From IMG/VR virus record IMGVR_UViG_3300036966_000119, positions 1 through 64,000 of that record: DNA of 64,000 bases; one strand, written 5' to 3'. Made by a program: the position numbers and the translations under genes. Numbering within the stretch: position 1 is the stretch's first letter; each line of letters begins with the position of its first letter. Source of the stretch: a virus. Taxonomy: Duplodnaviria > Caudoviricetes. Below the pieces are notes generated by a model. The model searched no databases and was not told the origin of the DNA. It was given only the letters and a program-made list of their open reading frames with translations. This document shows positions 18,969-28,308 of this stretch, piece after piece.

Positions 18969-20873
18969 ATGGCTGATTTACAAACAAATTTACAACGTTT
19001 AGAAAATAATAGCGATGAAATATTATCTCTTGTTGATGATATATCAGATGCTATTGTAGCCAAAGGTGGTACTGTTCCTGCTAATACAGGATTACGTGGT
19101 TTTGTTAATGCTATTAATAGTATTCCAAGTGGTGGCGGTGGAGGAAGTCACCCCCGAAAAGATGTAAATTTCTATGACTATGATGGTACTGTTGTACAAT
19201 CATATTCTGCGACTGATTTTGCTAATCTTACAGCACTTCCTGCAAATCCTTCACATATAGGATTAACATCACAAGGATGGAACTGGAGTTTGGCTGATGC
19301 TAAGAGTTATGTGGCTGATTACGGTTCTTTGAACGTTGGTCAGATGTACATAACATCTGATGGTAAGACAAGGCTTTATATTAGTCTCCCCGAAGGGAGA
19401 ACATCACCTATATTACAATTATATCTTAATGACAATTCGGAGTTAGATATTGACTGGGGAGATGATGGAACTCATTCTACATTTACTACTACAAGTGCTG
19501 AATATAAAAGTGAGAGACATGAGTATTCTTCATCTGGTGATTATGTAATCGCTATTACTGTTGTAAATGGTGGATTTGCATTACAATCTTCTTCCACAAC
19601 AGTGTCAACAATATTATGGAATGGAAATAATAATGAAAATTCACCTGATAAAGCTTACAATAATACGATTAAGAAGATTGAAATAGGCGGTGGTGTAACT
19701 AGTATTGGTAATTATGCTTTCAAAGGTTGTTCTTCATTATCATCAATAACAATACCTGATGGAGTTACTACTATTGGTGGTAATGCTTTCTTGCTTTGTT
19801 ATTCATTATCATCTATTACTATTCCTGATACAGTTACAAGTATTGGTACTTTTACTTTCTATCAATGTTATTCATTATCATCTATTGCAATACCTGATAG
19901 AGTTACTACTATTGGTGGTAATGCTTTCACGCGTTGTTCTTCATTATCATCTATTACAATACCTGATGGAGTTACAAGTATTGGTCAATATGCTTTCTAT
20001 AATTGTTATTCATTATCATCTATTGCAATACCTGATTCAGTTACTAGTATTGGTAATAGTGCTTTCTCGCTTTGTTATTCATTATCATCTGTAACAATAC
20101 CTAATACAGTTACAAGTATTGGTGGTAATGCTTTCCAGTATTGTTATTCATTATCATCAATAACAATACCTGATGGAGTTACAAGTATTGGTCAATATGC
20201 TTTCTATCAATGTTATTCATTATCATCTATTACAATAGGAAATTCAGTTACTACTATTGGTAATAATGCTTTCCAGTATTGTTATTCATTATCATCAATA
20301 ACAATACCTGATGGAGTTACAAGTATTGGTAATAGTGCTTTCTATCAATGTTATTCATTATCATCTATCACAATACCTGATGGAGTTACTACTATTGGTG
20401 GTAATGCTTTCTATCAATGTTATTCATTATCATCTATTACTATTCCTGATACAGTTACAAGTATTGGTACTTTTACTTTCTATCAATGTTATTCATTATC
20501 ATCTATTGCAATACCTGATTCAGTTACTACTATTGGTAATAGTGCTTTCTTGCTTTGTTATTCATTATCATCTGTAACAATACCTAATACAGTTACAAGT
20601 ATTGATGATAATGCTTTTCGGTATTGTTCTTCATTATCATCTGTAACAATACCTGATTCTACTACAAGTATTGGTAATGAAACTTTCAGTATGTGTGAAT
20701 ACATGGAATCAATCAAGTTCACATCAGCAACTCCACCAACGGTTTCAAGTAGTAGTGCATGGTACAAACTTCCAACATCGTGCACCATATATGTACCATC
20801 AGGATCTCTTAATGCATATAAAACAGCAACCAATTATCCAAATCCATCCACATACACATACGTGGAATATTAA
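18969..20873 (+). CDS. BspA-type LRR protein 2
   Basis: 15 tandem 23-aa repeats; same architecture as LRR1 (NFYDYDGT, SQGWNW, IDWGDDG). Confidence 0.9.
   Translation: MADLQTNLQRLENNSDEILSLVDDISDAIVAKGGTVPANTGLRGFVNAINSIPSGGGGGSHPRKDVNFYDYDGTVVQSYSATDFANLTALPANPSHIGLTSQGWNWSLADAKSYVADYGSLNVGQMYITSDGKTRLYISLPEGRTSPILQLYLNDNSELDIDWGDDGTHSTFTTTSAEYKSERHEYSSSGDYVIAITVVNGGFALQSSSTTVSTILWNGNNNENSPDKAYNNTIKKIEIGGGVTSIGNYAFKGCSSLSSITIPDGVTTIGGNAFLLCYSLSSITIPDTVTSIGTFTFYQCYSLSSIAIPDRVTTIGGNAFTRCSSLSSITIPDGVTSIGQYAFYNCYSLSSIAIPDSVTSIGNSAFSLCYSLSSVTIPNTVTSIGGNAFQYCYSLSSITIPDGVTSIGQYAFYQCYSLSSITIGNSVTTIGNNAFQYCYSLSSITIPDGVTSIGNSAFYQCYSLSSITIPDGVTTIGGNAFYQCYSLSSITIPDTVTSIGTFTFYQCYSLSSIAIPDSVTTIGNSAFLLCYSLSSVTIPNTVTSIDDNAFRYCSSLSSVTIPDSTTSIGNETFSMCEYMESIKFTSATPPTVSSSSAWYKLPTSCTIYVPSGSLNAYKTATNYPNPSTYTYVEY
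19686..20720 (+). repeat. 15 x 69-bp coding repeats (LRR2)
   Basis: Same anchors and modules as the LRR1 array. Confidence 0.95.
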
Positions 20874-20893
20874 ATGAAAGGAAGATGATTTAA

Positions 20894-21136
20894 ATGATCA
20901 TAGTTGAAATTGTTGATGATGGTACAAGAGAAAGAAGATATTCAGACAAAGGAGTTAAACTTCGTCAAATTGAAACAGGTAATATTTATGATGATGCTGT
21001 GGATGTAATTCCATGTAAGTATACATATGAAGAAACCGATGAACCTGTTGACCCAGAGCCTGAAATACCTGAAGAACCAGACGTACCACCAATACTTGGT
21101 ATGCCACCAATGGACATTCCACCGTTAACTTTATAA
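20894..21136 (+). CDS. Small fibre-associated protein (possible chaperone)
   Basis: 80 aa, RRYSD.G..L.Q..TG..Y..A.D....Y.YEET, Pro/Glu tail, RBS, follows LRR2. Confidence 0.6.
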   Translation: MIIVEIVDDGTRERRYSDKGVKLRQIETGNIYDDAVDVIPCKYTYEETDEPVDPEPEIPEEPDVPPILGMPPMDIPPLTL

Positions 21137-21143
21137 AAAAGAC

Positions 21144-21164
21144 TGCGGGGCGTAATGCCCCGCA
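21144..21164. terminator. Bidirectional terminator closing the LRR1-LRR2 operon
   Basis: TGCGGGGC-gtaat-GCCCCGCA between convergent genes. Confidence 0.8.
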
Positions 21165-21175
21165 CATGTCTTCTT

Positions 21176-21340
21176 TTACTCTAATACAACGAACATGCAA
21201 CCTGCATATACGAAAATTGAGGCTGTAGTTTCGATCATTGATCTCACTGAACGAGTTTCCTCTAATCTCTGTTCAGCAAGTATTGCGAATATTCCCCATA
21301 TTAAAGCAATCACACCGAACATGATTCGTTTAACGATCAT
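21176..21340 (-). CDS. Small membrane protein (54 aa, two hydrophobic segments); not in the ORF track
   Basis: MIVKRIMFGVIALIWGIFAILAEQR...IFVYAGCMFVVLE*; ATGA overlap with upstream stop, GGAGG RBS. Confidence 0.65.
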   Translation of the reverse strand: MIVKRIMFGVIALIWGIFAILAEQRLEETRSVRSMIETTASIFVYAGCMFVVLE

Positions 21341-21843
21341 TCATCATCACCTCCGTTGATGATTTCATAAATTTTATTGTATTCCATGGTCACCATGTTC
21401 TTTATGAATCGGGACATACCGGGCTTCTCTTTGCCGTCTTCCCATTCATTATCCATCCATGATGGATAATCAGGCTCAATGCAATTCTCAATGATCCAAT
21501 CAAGTCTGTAACATTTACCCAGTGAACACACTGGTGCTACATTGATGCACCGTGTTGGATCGTGATAATACAGCATCTTTGAATCATCGTTGCGATGCAT
21601 GTGTCCATGGATGTTGTAGAGATTATCGAACTCTGTTACCTCAATTGACGTATGTGAGAATATGAAGACTCTGTCATCAACTTTTGCAATTGCTGCGTAA
21701 CATACTGAAAAGCCTTCAATCTCAAGCATGTTATCAGCAAGCATATCATTGTTACCGCGAATCCAGATCTTTTCAACATTTTCTGGGAAGAGAGTTCTGA
21801 TGAGACCAACGGTTCTTTCATCCGGTATTGTATCATCAACCAA
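21337..21843 (-). pseudogene. 5'-truncated calcineurin-like metallophosphoesterase
   Basis: Retains GNND, FSH and HGHMH motifs but lacks the N-terminal DxH and GD motifs; the phosphoesterase-like sequence begins at the 99-bp repeat junction (LVDD). Confidence 0.75.
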
Positions 21844-21931
21844 TGCGGTTCAGAATAAAGTAATCACTGGAACCATTGGTGACATCAATACCGTATTGGA
21901 AGGAGTGTTATAATATGCCAAATACATTAGC
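21833..21931 (+). repeat. 99-bp exact direct repeat, copy 2
   Basis: Identical to 16832-16930, offset 5001 bp. Confidence 0.95.
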
Positions 21932-24458
21932 GGATAATTTACAAAGATTGAAAGATTCACGAACCTCAATCGGCAATGCTATCATCGCCAAAGGCGGTAC
22001 TGTTAATGCTGGCGATGGCTTTGAGGACTTTCCTGCTGATATCAGTACTATTCCATCCGGAGGTTCTTCAACATTAATTCCAAAAACAATCACTACAAAT
22101 GGAACATACGATCCTTCAGATGATAATGCGGATGGATATTCATCCGTTGTTGCAAACGTTCCCAATACATATGTTGCTGGGGACGAAGGTAAAGTTGTTA
22201 ATAATGGAACTCTTGTTGCTCAAACAGCAATGCCTAATGAAATAACAGTTAATGACACATATGATACAACTCTCTATGATAGTATCACAGTAAACGTTCC
22301 TTCATCACCAACTCCTACACCGACACCCAAACCAGGACTCGTTAGGTTCATGGATTATGATGGTACAATACTTCATACATACACTGCTAATGAGTTTCTT
22401 GCTCTTTCCGCAATGCCAGAAAATCCAACTCATGAAGGATTGACTTCTCAGGGATGGAACTGGTCATTTGAAGATGCAGTTGCATATGTTACAACCAACA
22501 GAAATCTCGACATCGGTCAGTCTTATGTTACTAATGATGGACGTACAAGAATCTATATCTCTCTCGAAAATCCGGATTTAATAAGTCCGACACTCGGACT
22601 TTATTTGGGAGGCAACTCATCGGTTGATGTTGATTGGGGTGATGGCTCTGAACATGAGACAATGACAAGGGATACTGGTTATTCTGGTAAAGTGACAGCA
22701 CAACATACATATCCATCAGTAGGAAATTATGTTATATCATTTGCTGTAATTAAGGGAACCTGTTCAATAGGCGGCTCATCCACACAATCGCATCTATTAA
22801 CCGATAACAAAACATCTTCCTTATCAAATGATGCTGCTTATATGTTATCAATAAAGAAAGTTGAAATTGGTAATGATATGTCATCCGTCAATGATAACGC
22901 TTTTAGAGAACTGCGATCATTAGAAACAATCACATTACCTGTGAATTTTTATGATTTCCATGCATGCACATTTCAGAACTGTTATTCATTGAAAGCTGTT
23001 GTTATTCCAAAAAATTCATCTTTCACAATAGGTCAAAAAGGTTATGTTTTTCATAATTGTCAATCATTGACCAACGTTTCATTATCCAAGGAATCTTATA
23101 TCTGTGGATATATGTTCGTCAACTGTTACAATTTGACCAGAATTACAATACCACTTGGAAGAACGATGATCGGTGATGGATCATCAGGCTATAATTCCAG
23201 TTCATTCAATTCATGTTATAACCTGTCGGATGTAACAATTCCTGAAGGAATAACTGATATAAATAATGCAACATTCTATCAATGTAATCTTATAGGTGAA
23301 TTAGAATTACCCGCGTCACTAACGAGTATTGGTATTAGTGCTTTCTATAACTGTCGTAATCTCAATTCAGTAGTGTTTGAAAATGGAACATCAGATCTTA
23401 CTATCGGTAGTTTAGCTTTCAGTGGTTGTGCAGCTCTTGATACCATAAAATTACCAACTAATCTCAAAACAATTGGATCCAATGGTTTCACTGGATGTTC
23501 ATCACTTAAAGAAATGGATATTCCTGATAGTGTAACATCAATAGGAGCAGAATTATGCAAAGATTGTGGTTCGCTGGTATCCATCAAAATAGGATCTGGT
23601 ATAGCAACATTACCATCAGGCTGTTTCAGAAGTTGCATTTCACTTACCGCAGTAGATATTCCAGTAACAGTAAAGACTATGAATGAACGTGTTTTTTGCG
23701 ACTGTAAAACTCTTAAAACAATAACTTTGCATGACGGATTACAAGAAATAACTGGAGGCAGTGTTTTCGAAAATTGTCAGTCTCTTGAATCAATTGAATT
23801 TCCAGATTCAGTTACTACAATTAACGGAGGTTCACTGCTTTCAGGATGTACAATATTGAAACATGCAAAGCTTCCTAAATCGTTAACAACTTTTAATCCA
23901 GGATATACTTTCAACCATTGTTATCTCCTCACATCATTCACAATTCCAGAAACTATAGCAACAACACCAACATCGTTTAACGGTATATTTGGTGATTGCT
24001 GGAGTCTTACCAGTATTGACATTCCTTCTTGGCTTACAACAATCGGCTCAAGTGCAATTTCAGCCTGTTACAGTTTAACCGAGTTAACGATTCCCTCAAC
24101 TGTAACATTGATTGATCAATATGGAATTAGTAGCCCCGGTGCTTTGAAACGACTGAGATTTGTTTCATCAAATCCTCCAACAGTGAAATCTGCTTCATTA
24201 TCATCAATACCGACTGATTGTGCTATATTAGTTCCATATGGAGCATTGACAGCTTATACCACTGCATCGTATTATCCAAATCCTTCAACTTATTCTTATA
24301 TTGAATATGCTACATATCCAAGCGGTGACACATTACCGGATTCAGATACTGAGTACAGTTTAACATGGTATGCAACCATTGATGATTGGAGAAATGAAAC
24401 AAATCAAATTACGGTAGGAAATGGAGGAGAGATATATGTTAAACGAGTCGCTTTATAA
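21915..24458 (+). CDS. BspA-type LRR protein 3 (divergent repeats)
   Basis: Same N-terminus (MPNTLA.NL.RL), FMDYDGT, SQGWNW, VDWGDG and C-cap as LRR1 but LRR units are highly diverged. Confidence 0.85.
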   Translation: MPNTLADNLQRLKDSRTSIGNAIIAKGGTVNAGDGFEDFPADISTIPSGGSSTLIPKTITTNGTYDPSDDNADGYSSVVANVPNTYVAGDEGKVVNNGTLVAQTAMPNEITVNDTYDTTLYDSITVNVPSSPTPTPTPKPGLVRFMDYDGTILHTYTANEFLALSAMPENPTHEGLTSQGWNWSFEDAVAYVTTNRNLDIGQSYVTNDGRTRIYISLENPDLISPTLGLYLGGNSSVDVDWGDGSEHETMTRDTGYSGKVTAQHTYPSVGNYVISFAVIKGTCSIGGSSTQSHLLTDNKTSSLSNDAAYMLSIKKVEIGNDMSSVNDNAFRELRSLETITLPVNFYDFHACTFQNCYSLKAVVIPKNSSFTIGQKGYVFHNCQSLTNVSLSKESYICGYMFVNCYNLTRITIPLGRTMIGDGSSGYNSSSFNSCYNLSDVTIPEGITDINNATFYQCNLIGELELPASLTSIGISAFYNCRNLNSVVFENGTSDLTIGSLAFSGCAALDTIKLPTNLKTIGSNGFTGCSSLKEMDIPDSVTSIGAELCKDCGSLVSIKIGSGIATLPSGCFRSCISLTAVDIPVTVKTMNERVFCDCKTLKTITLHDGLQEITGGSVFENCQSLESIEFPDSVTTINGGSLLSGCTILKHAKLPKSLTTFNPGYTFNHCYLLTSFTIPETIATTPTSFNGIFGDCWSLTSIDIPSWLTTIGSSAISACYSLTELTIPSTVTLIDQYGISSPGALKRLRFVSSNPPTVKSASLSSIPTDCAILVPYGALTAYTTASYYPNPSTYSYIEYATYPSGDTLPDSDTEYSLTWYATIDDWRNETNQITVGNGGEIYVKRVAL

Positions 24459-24642
24459 TACTCTCCGTGAGTATACTGGTTCATTGGATGGTTGTTACTG
24501 TGTTTCTATTGATGGTTCTATCTGGAAAGATGGTGTTAAATTATTCCCATCAGAGGTAGAAAGACTTAAGGCAACAAAGGGTATGACGAAAGAAGAAATT
24601 GAATCATACTACAAACAACTTCCTATCAATTCGGATGTATAA
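24436..24642 (+). CDS. Small hypothetical protein after LRR3
   Basis: GGAGGAG RBS before MLNESLYN; followed by terminator. Confidence 0.5.
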   Translation: MLNESLYNTLREYTGSLDGCYCVSIDGSIWKDGVKLFPSEVERLKATKGMTKEEIESYYKQLPINSDV

Positions 24643-24655
24643 AAATAAAAAAATA

Positions 24656-24680
24656 AATGGGGGCCATTACGGCCCCCATT
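24656..24680. terminator. Bidirectional terminator
   Basis: AATGGGGGCC-attac-GGCCCCCATT. Confidence 0.8.
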
Positions 24681-24840
24681 AACTTAATCAATGAAATATG
24701 GTTTTCCGTCATTCTCTTCAAGAAGTACTCGGTCTTCATCATATTTTTTATCTGTAATAAAGTAATATTCAACAGGATAATCCCACTCGTTTTCAAGACA
24801 TATCTGTGCGCCGTTTTCCATAGCACCTATTCTTTTAAAA

Positions 24841-25710
24841 TCACTCATTATTGTTTCCTCCTCCTGTATTCTGTTCATTGGTTTCGCTCTCCGATGTCTC
24901 ATCATGCTTTATATCTTGCCAGATATCGTTACCATGTTCATCGAATCCAACAAGATATCTTTTGGCTTTTAATGGAAAATCGGGATATTTCTTATTATGT
25001 CTACCAGGTTTTGATTCTCCTTCGACTATTACTAATGGTTTTATTGGTCCATGAGCACCATAGTCATTATATGACTGAATACGATAATCCATTGTTGGAC
25101 CACCATCTTCGCCGATGTTATTGAATTCAGTATCACCGTTCTTGATCTTATCAATCAACTTCTTACGTCTTTCATCATATTCTTCCTGGAGACGTTGAGC
25201 CAATGATTTCTCCGGACCATCTATGTATATGAGACTGGTATTCTCTGGATATGTCCATCTTTCTGGGTATGGATAAGTTATCCCACCATATGATGAACCG
25301 AGTTTGTCAACCTTGTCATATTCGACGAGCTTGAAATGACAAATAACGAAGTTGTTCTGACCAAGCATCCCGCGAGATTTATCTGTGGTTTTTATCAATA
25401 CCGGATATACAACCGGTTGTGTGAATGATTGGAATATTTCTTCCCATCCATATACATCTGGTATTTTGCATGTTGCTGTATAACCAGGAAGCGCTGTGTC
25501 TTTCTCTATATTAGTAATATACAGATGTGGTTTATGTGGCTCAACATGAGTCATTCTTAATATATTAGCGCCTTTTTCATTTTCATACATTCTACATCTC
25601 AGAGATTTTTTCTCAAGTAATGTTTGTATAAGTTCTGATTTAAGCATAAGATCGATTTCATCAGGCAGTAATCTCAAAGGCCACCAGATTGCTAATTTGA
25701 ATTCATCCAT
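24841..25710 (-). CDS. Hypothetical protein (early-type cluster)
   Basis: 289 aa, GAGGAGG RBS. Confidence 0.75.
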   Translation of the reverse strand: MDEFKLAIWWPLRLLPDEIDLMLKSELIQTLLEKKSLRCRMYENEKGANILRMTHVEPHKPHLYITNIEKDTALPGYTATCKIPDVYGWEEIFQSFTQPVVYPVLIKTTDKSRGMLGQNNFVICHFKLVEYDKVDKLGSSYGGITYPYPERWTYPENTSLIYIDGPEKSLAQRLQEEYDERRKKLIDKIKNGDTEFNNIGEDGGPTMDYRIQSYNDYGAHGPIKPLVIVEGESKPGRHNKKYPDFPLKAKRYLVGFDEHGNDIWQDIKHDETSESETNEQNTGGGNNNE

Positions 25711-25723
25711 TGTTATTCCTCCT

Positions 25724-26005
25724 CTATTCTATAGAGCACATACCTATGCACTGTGGTATGTCATATATTGTCATACCACATCTTTTGGTAAGCACATAAC
25801 GTGTCTCTTTCCAATCGATTCTATCGTCTTTTCCAAGGCTTTCACCTATTGAGAGATCTTCAGCATTGTACAATTGCATTCCTAAAACTGAAGAATATGA
25901 TTCGTTTTCAATATATTTGAACATCTCTTCAATCGACTGGAATTCCTTTTGGAGAGCCATGGATTCCTCGAGTCCCCCTCTATGTGGACGATACTTAATT
26001 CTCAT
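25724..26005 (-). CDS. Hypothetical phage protein
   Basis: 93 aa, YRPHRGGL N-terminus, RBS. Confidence 0.7.
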   Translation of the reverse strand: MRIKYRPHRGGLEESMALQKEFQSIEEMFKYIENESYSSVLGMQLYNAEDLSIGESLGKDDRIDWKETRYVLTKRCGMTIYDIPQCIGMCSIE

Positions 26006-26068
26006 TATCTATCACATCCTTTCTATTATTATTTTCCTCATTAAACCATTTCCAAAATTCACGTTCTT

Positions 26069-26329
26069 TTATTTTCCTATGACTCCTTTCCTCTTTGAGA
26101 AATTTGTATGTTGATTTTGCATAGGTATATGAATTATTATCCCGATTGATTCTATAATTCCAGAATCGTTTAAGATTGATACGAGTTGGGGTTTACCCCA
26201 ACTCGTAAACAATTCTTTTGTTGATTGAAGATCAAGAAACTGTTCTAATGGTGGATATACTTTCATCATCGGAATGTTTCTTTCATAAATCATTAATTTT
26301 ATTTTCTTTTTTCTGATGCGTTTATTCAT
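26069..26329 (-). CDS. Hypothetical protein with MNKRIRKKK leader
   Basis: 86 aa; overlaps upstream stop. Confidence 0.6.
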   Translation of the reverse strand: MNKRIRKKKIKLMIYERNIPMMKVYPPLEQFLDLQSTKELFTSWGKPQLVSILNDSGIIESIGIIIHIPMQNQHTNFSKRKGVIGK

Positions 26330-27059
26330 TTCCTTTCTCCTTGAAGTTTATCATCATATCATCATTCTCACTAAAGAGACGATTTATTTCCTTCTTGAGC
26401 TCATCTACCTTTTTCTTAGCTGCTTTATATTCCTCAGAATCAGAGGGATGCTTAAACATCTCTTGCTTATATTTTTTACGTTCAGCCAGGAGATCATCTA
26501 TCATTGATATTTCAGTACACATTGAAGACTCTATGTGTTTTGCTTCTTCTGTAATCTTGTCTGTGTGATAAATTTCATCGAATAGTTCTTTAGCATTTTT
26601 CATAATCGCTACTTTATCGGTTATTTCATTATCTATTATATTACATATAACTTGGAATTCGTTGATCGGTAGTTCTGTGACTGTTATTCTGAAATAACCA
26701 TGATAACCATAGGGCCCAAAGGAATAAATACGTCTTTTTATTGTGTTACGTGTACCGTATTTGTCAGTAAGTGTGGGTTCTTTTTTACAAATCCCCCATA
26801 TATTCTTATAGTCATTGAAGATACTTCTTACGCGTTCCTTATCATCCTGGTCATCATCAAATATACCATAAAAATGTATACTCTGTGTTGTATAATCTTT
26901 CGGTCTTTTTCTGCTGTAAATTAATACTGCTTCATCAAAAGATGTAGCAAATATAATTGTTACATCAGCATTATGATCAGTTTCAGTACCGAATACATAC
27001 ATTTTCTTATCTTTCATTTCCATTTGTATACATCTCCTCATTTTACGGTGATTACACAT
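26322..27059 (-). CDS. Hypothetical protein with C-terminal coiled coil
   Basis: 245-aa ORF in operon; start may be internal. Confidence 0.7.
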   Translation of the reverse strand: MCNHRKMRRCIQMEMKDKKMYVFGTETDHNADVTIIFATSFDEAVLIYSRKRPKDYTTQSIHFYGIFDDDQDDKERVRSIFNDYKNIWGICKKEPTLTDKYGTRNTIKRRIYSFGPYGYHGYFRITVTELPINEFQVICNIIDNEITDKVAIMKNAKELFDEIYHTDKITEEAKHIESSMCTEISMIDDLLAERKKYKQEMFKHPSDSEEYKAAKKKVDELKKEINRLFSENDDMMINFKEKGNE

Positions 27060-27469
27060 CTCTTTATAGTTTCTTTGAAATCCTGTTCTGATAAACGGAT
27101 ATCAGAAATACGATGTAAATCACGGTCTTCTACGAATATATCGATTGTTGATGTGTTACCACCACAACCGAATACAAAACAACCAACGCCTGAAATGGTT
27201 GAACCATTCATCAGTGTTATGTTGTAATGCACTTCCTTACAAAGAATATCTTTAAGTTTTTCATTAAAGATTAACGTATTCTTGTCGATAATATTGAAAT
27301 GGTCGGTTCCAATAACAACAACCTTCTTGTTCTCCTCGTAGTCTTTGATCAGTCCGTTTTTTATGTCCCGGACACTATCTCTCCAAAAGTCATCAATTGA
27401 TTCCCACATATTATTTCCTCCATTCATCGATTGTAGTGGTATCTGCTTTGTAACCCCAGTGTTCACCAC
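27038..27469 (-). CDS. Hypothetical protein
   Basis: ORF, probable start MWESID with GGAGG RBS. Confidence 0.6.
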   Translation of the reverse strand: MVNTGVTKQIPLQSMNGGNNMWESIDDFWRDSVRDIKNGLIKDYEENKKVVVIGTDHFNIIDKNTLIFNEKLKDILCKEVHYNITLMNGSTISGVGCFVFGCGGNTSTIDIFVEDRDLHRISDIRLSEQDFKETIKRCVITVK

Positions 27470-27806
27470 CTGGGATAGTTCTGTGTTCTGACATTATTGC
27501 CGGAGGTTTTTGTAATATAAATTCATCCTTCGGTTTCAGATGTCTTGCAAAACGGAGATGCTGGTAAAACGGATACTTGTTCCTGTGTTTATACATATAA
27601 TTCAAAGCACGTTTTATATTTCTTTTTCTCCAAACATGAACACCGTTTTTATTTGGATCAAGAGATGTGAAATACATCCTTGGAAGTAGCCAATGCTTCA
27701 ACAGATTATTCTGAACAATGATATCTACCTCTTCTCTTGTATAAACATTATAGCCAATACGCAGAGGGCTCAAACGAGCCCTCTTTTTCTTTATACGTTT
27801 ATTCAT
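27411..27806 (-). CDS. Basic hypothetical protein with MNKRIKKK leader
   Basis: 131 aa, GAGGT RBS. Confidence 0.65.
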   Translation of the reverse strand: MNKRIKKKRARLSPLRIGYNVYTREEVDIIVQNNLLKHWLLPRMYFTSLDPNKNGVHVWRKRNIKRALNYMYKHRNKYPFYQHLRFARHLKPKDEFILQKPPAIMSEHRTIPGGEHWGYKADTTTIDEWRK

Positions 27807-27833
27807 TTTTATACCTCATTTTCCTTTGATGTT

Positions 27834-28073
27834 TCAAACGTCTTGATTCCGGTGTATTATCTGCCATGCATCAGCAACTCTTTTATCCCGTTCGTCCTGG
27901 GAAGAGTTATGACAGAACCAACGAATATGTTTTTTGATATTACGAATGTTTGGCTTAATGCCAGCATATTTGCATTTTATTATAATATGAAAAAGGATAT
28001 CATAAGTAAACCAACTGGCAATTACACGTTTTGAACCTGGCCACTGATGCTTTTTCTTTATACGTTTATTCAT
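27834..28073 (-). CDS. Basic hypothetical protein with MNKRIKKK leader
   Basis: 79 aa from ATG 28073. Confidence 0.6.
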   Translation of the reverse strand: MNKRIKKKHQWPGSKRVIASWFTYDILFHIIIKCKYAGIKPNIRNIKKHIRWFCHNSSQDERDKRVADAWQIIHRNQDV

Positions 28074-28308
28074 TATTATCATCCTCTTCATCATCGATCA
28101 ATAGGTCTTTTATTCGTTCACGTATTTCTCGACAAAGATAGGATGTCAAAGGACATCCTATACAATTATTATCGTCGGCTTTGAGTTTACATCCAATTCC
28201 TACTGCCATATCTAATACGGCGGCCATTGAATGCTTTTTGTTTTCGAACGAATCCATCAGAGAAGAGACTTCTTCTAATACGATTTGCTCTTTTAGATCG
28301 TAGGCCAT
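28066..28308 (-). CDS. Small Cys-containing protein
   Basis: 80 aa, C..CP....C motif. Confidence 0.6.
   Translation of the reverse strand: MAYDLKEQIVLEEVSSLMDSFENKKHSMAAVLDMAVGIGCKLKADDNNCIGCPLTSYLCREIRERIKDLLIDDEEDDNNE

Noticed and set aside
17755-20577. Leu-rich alternative-frame ORFs (MELLLLVV...) over the LRR genes
   Set aside because: Shadow frames of the repeats with no RBS; likewise most antisense ORFs in the track overlap well-supported genes.
17682-20720. CRISPR array suggested by the ~69-bp periodicity
   Set aside because: Units are in-frame LRR codons, variable parts recur rather than being unique spacers, and no cas genes are seen.
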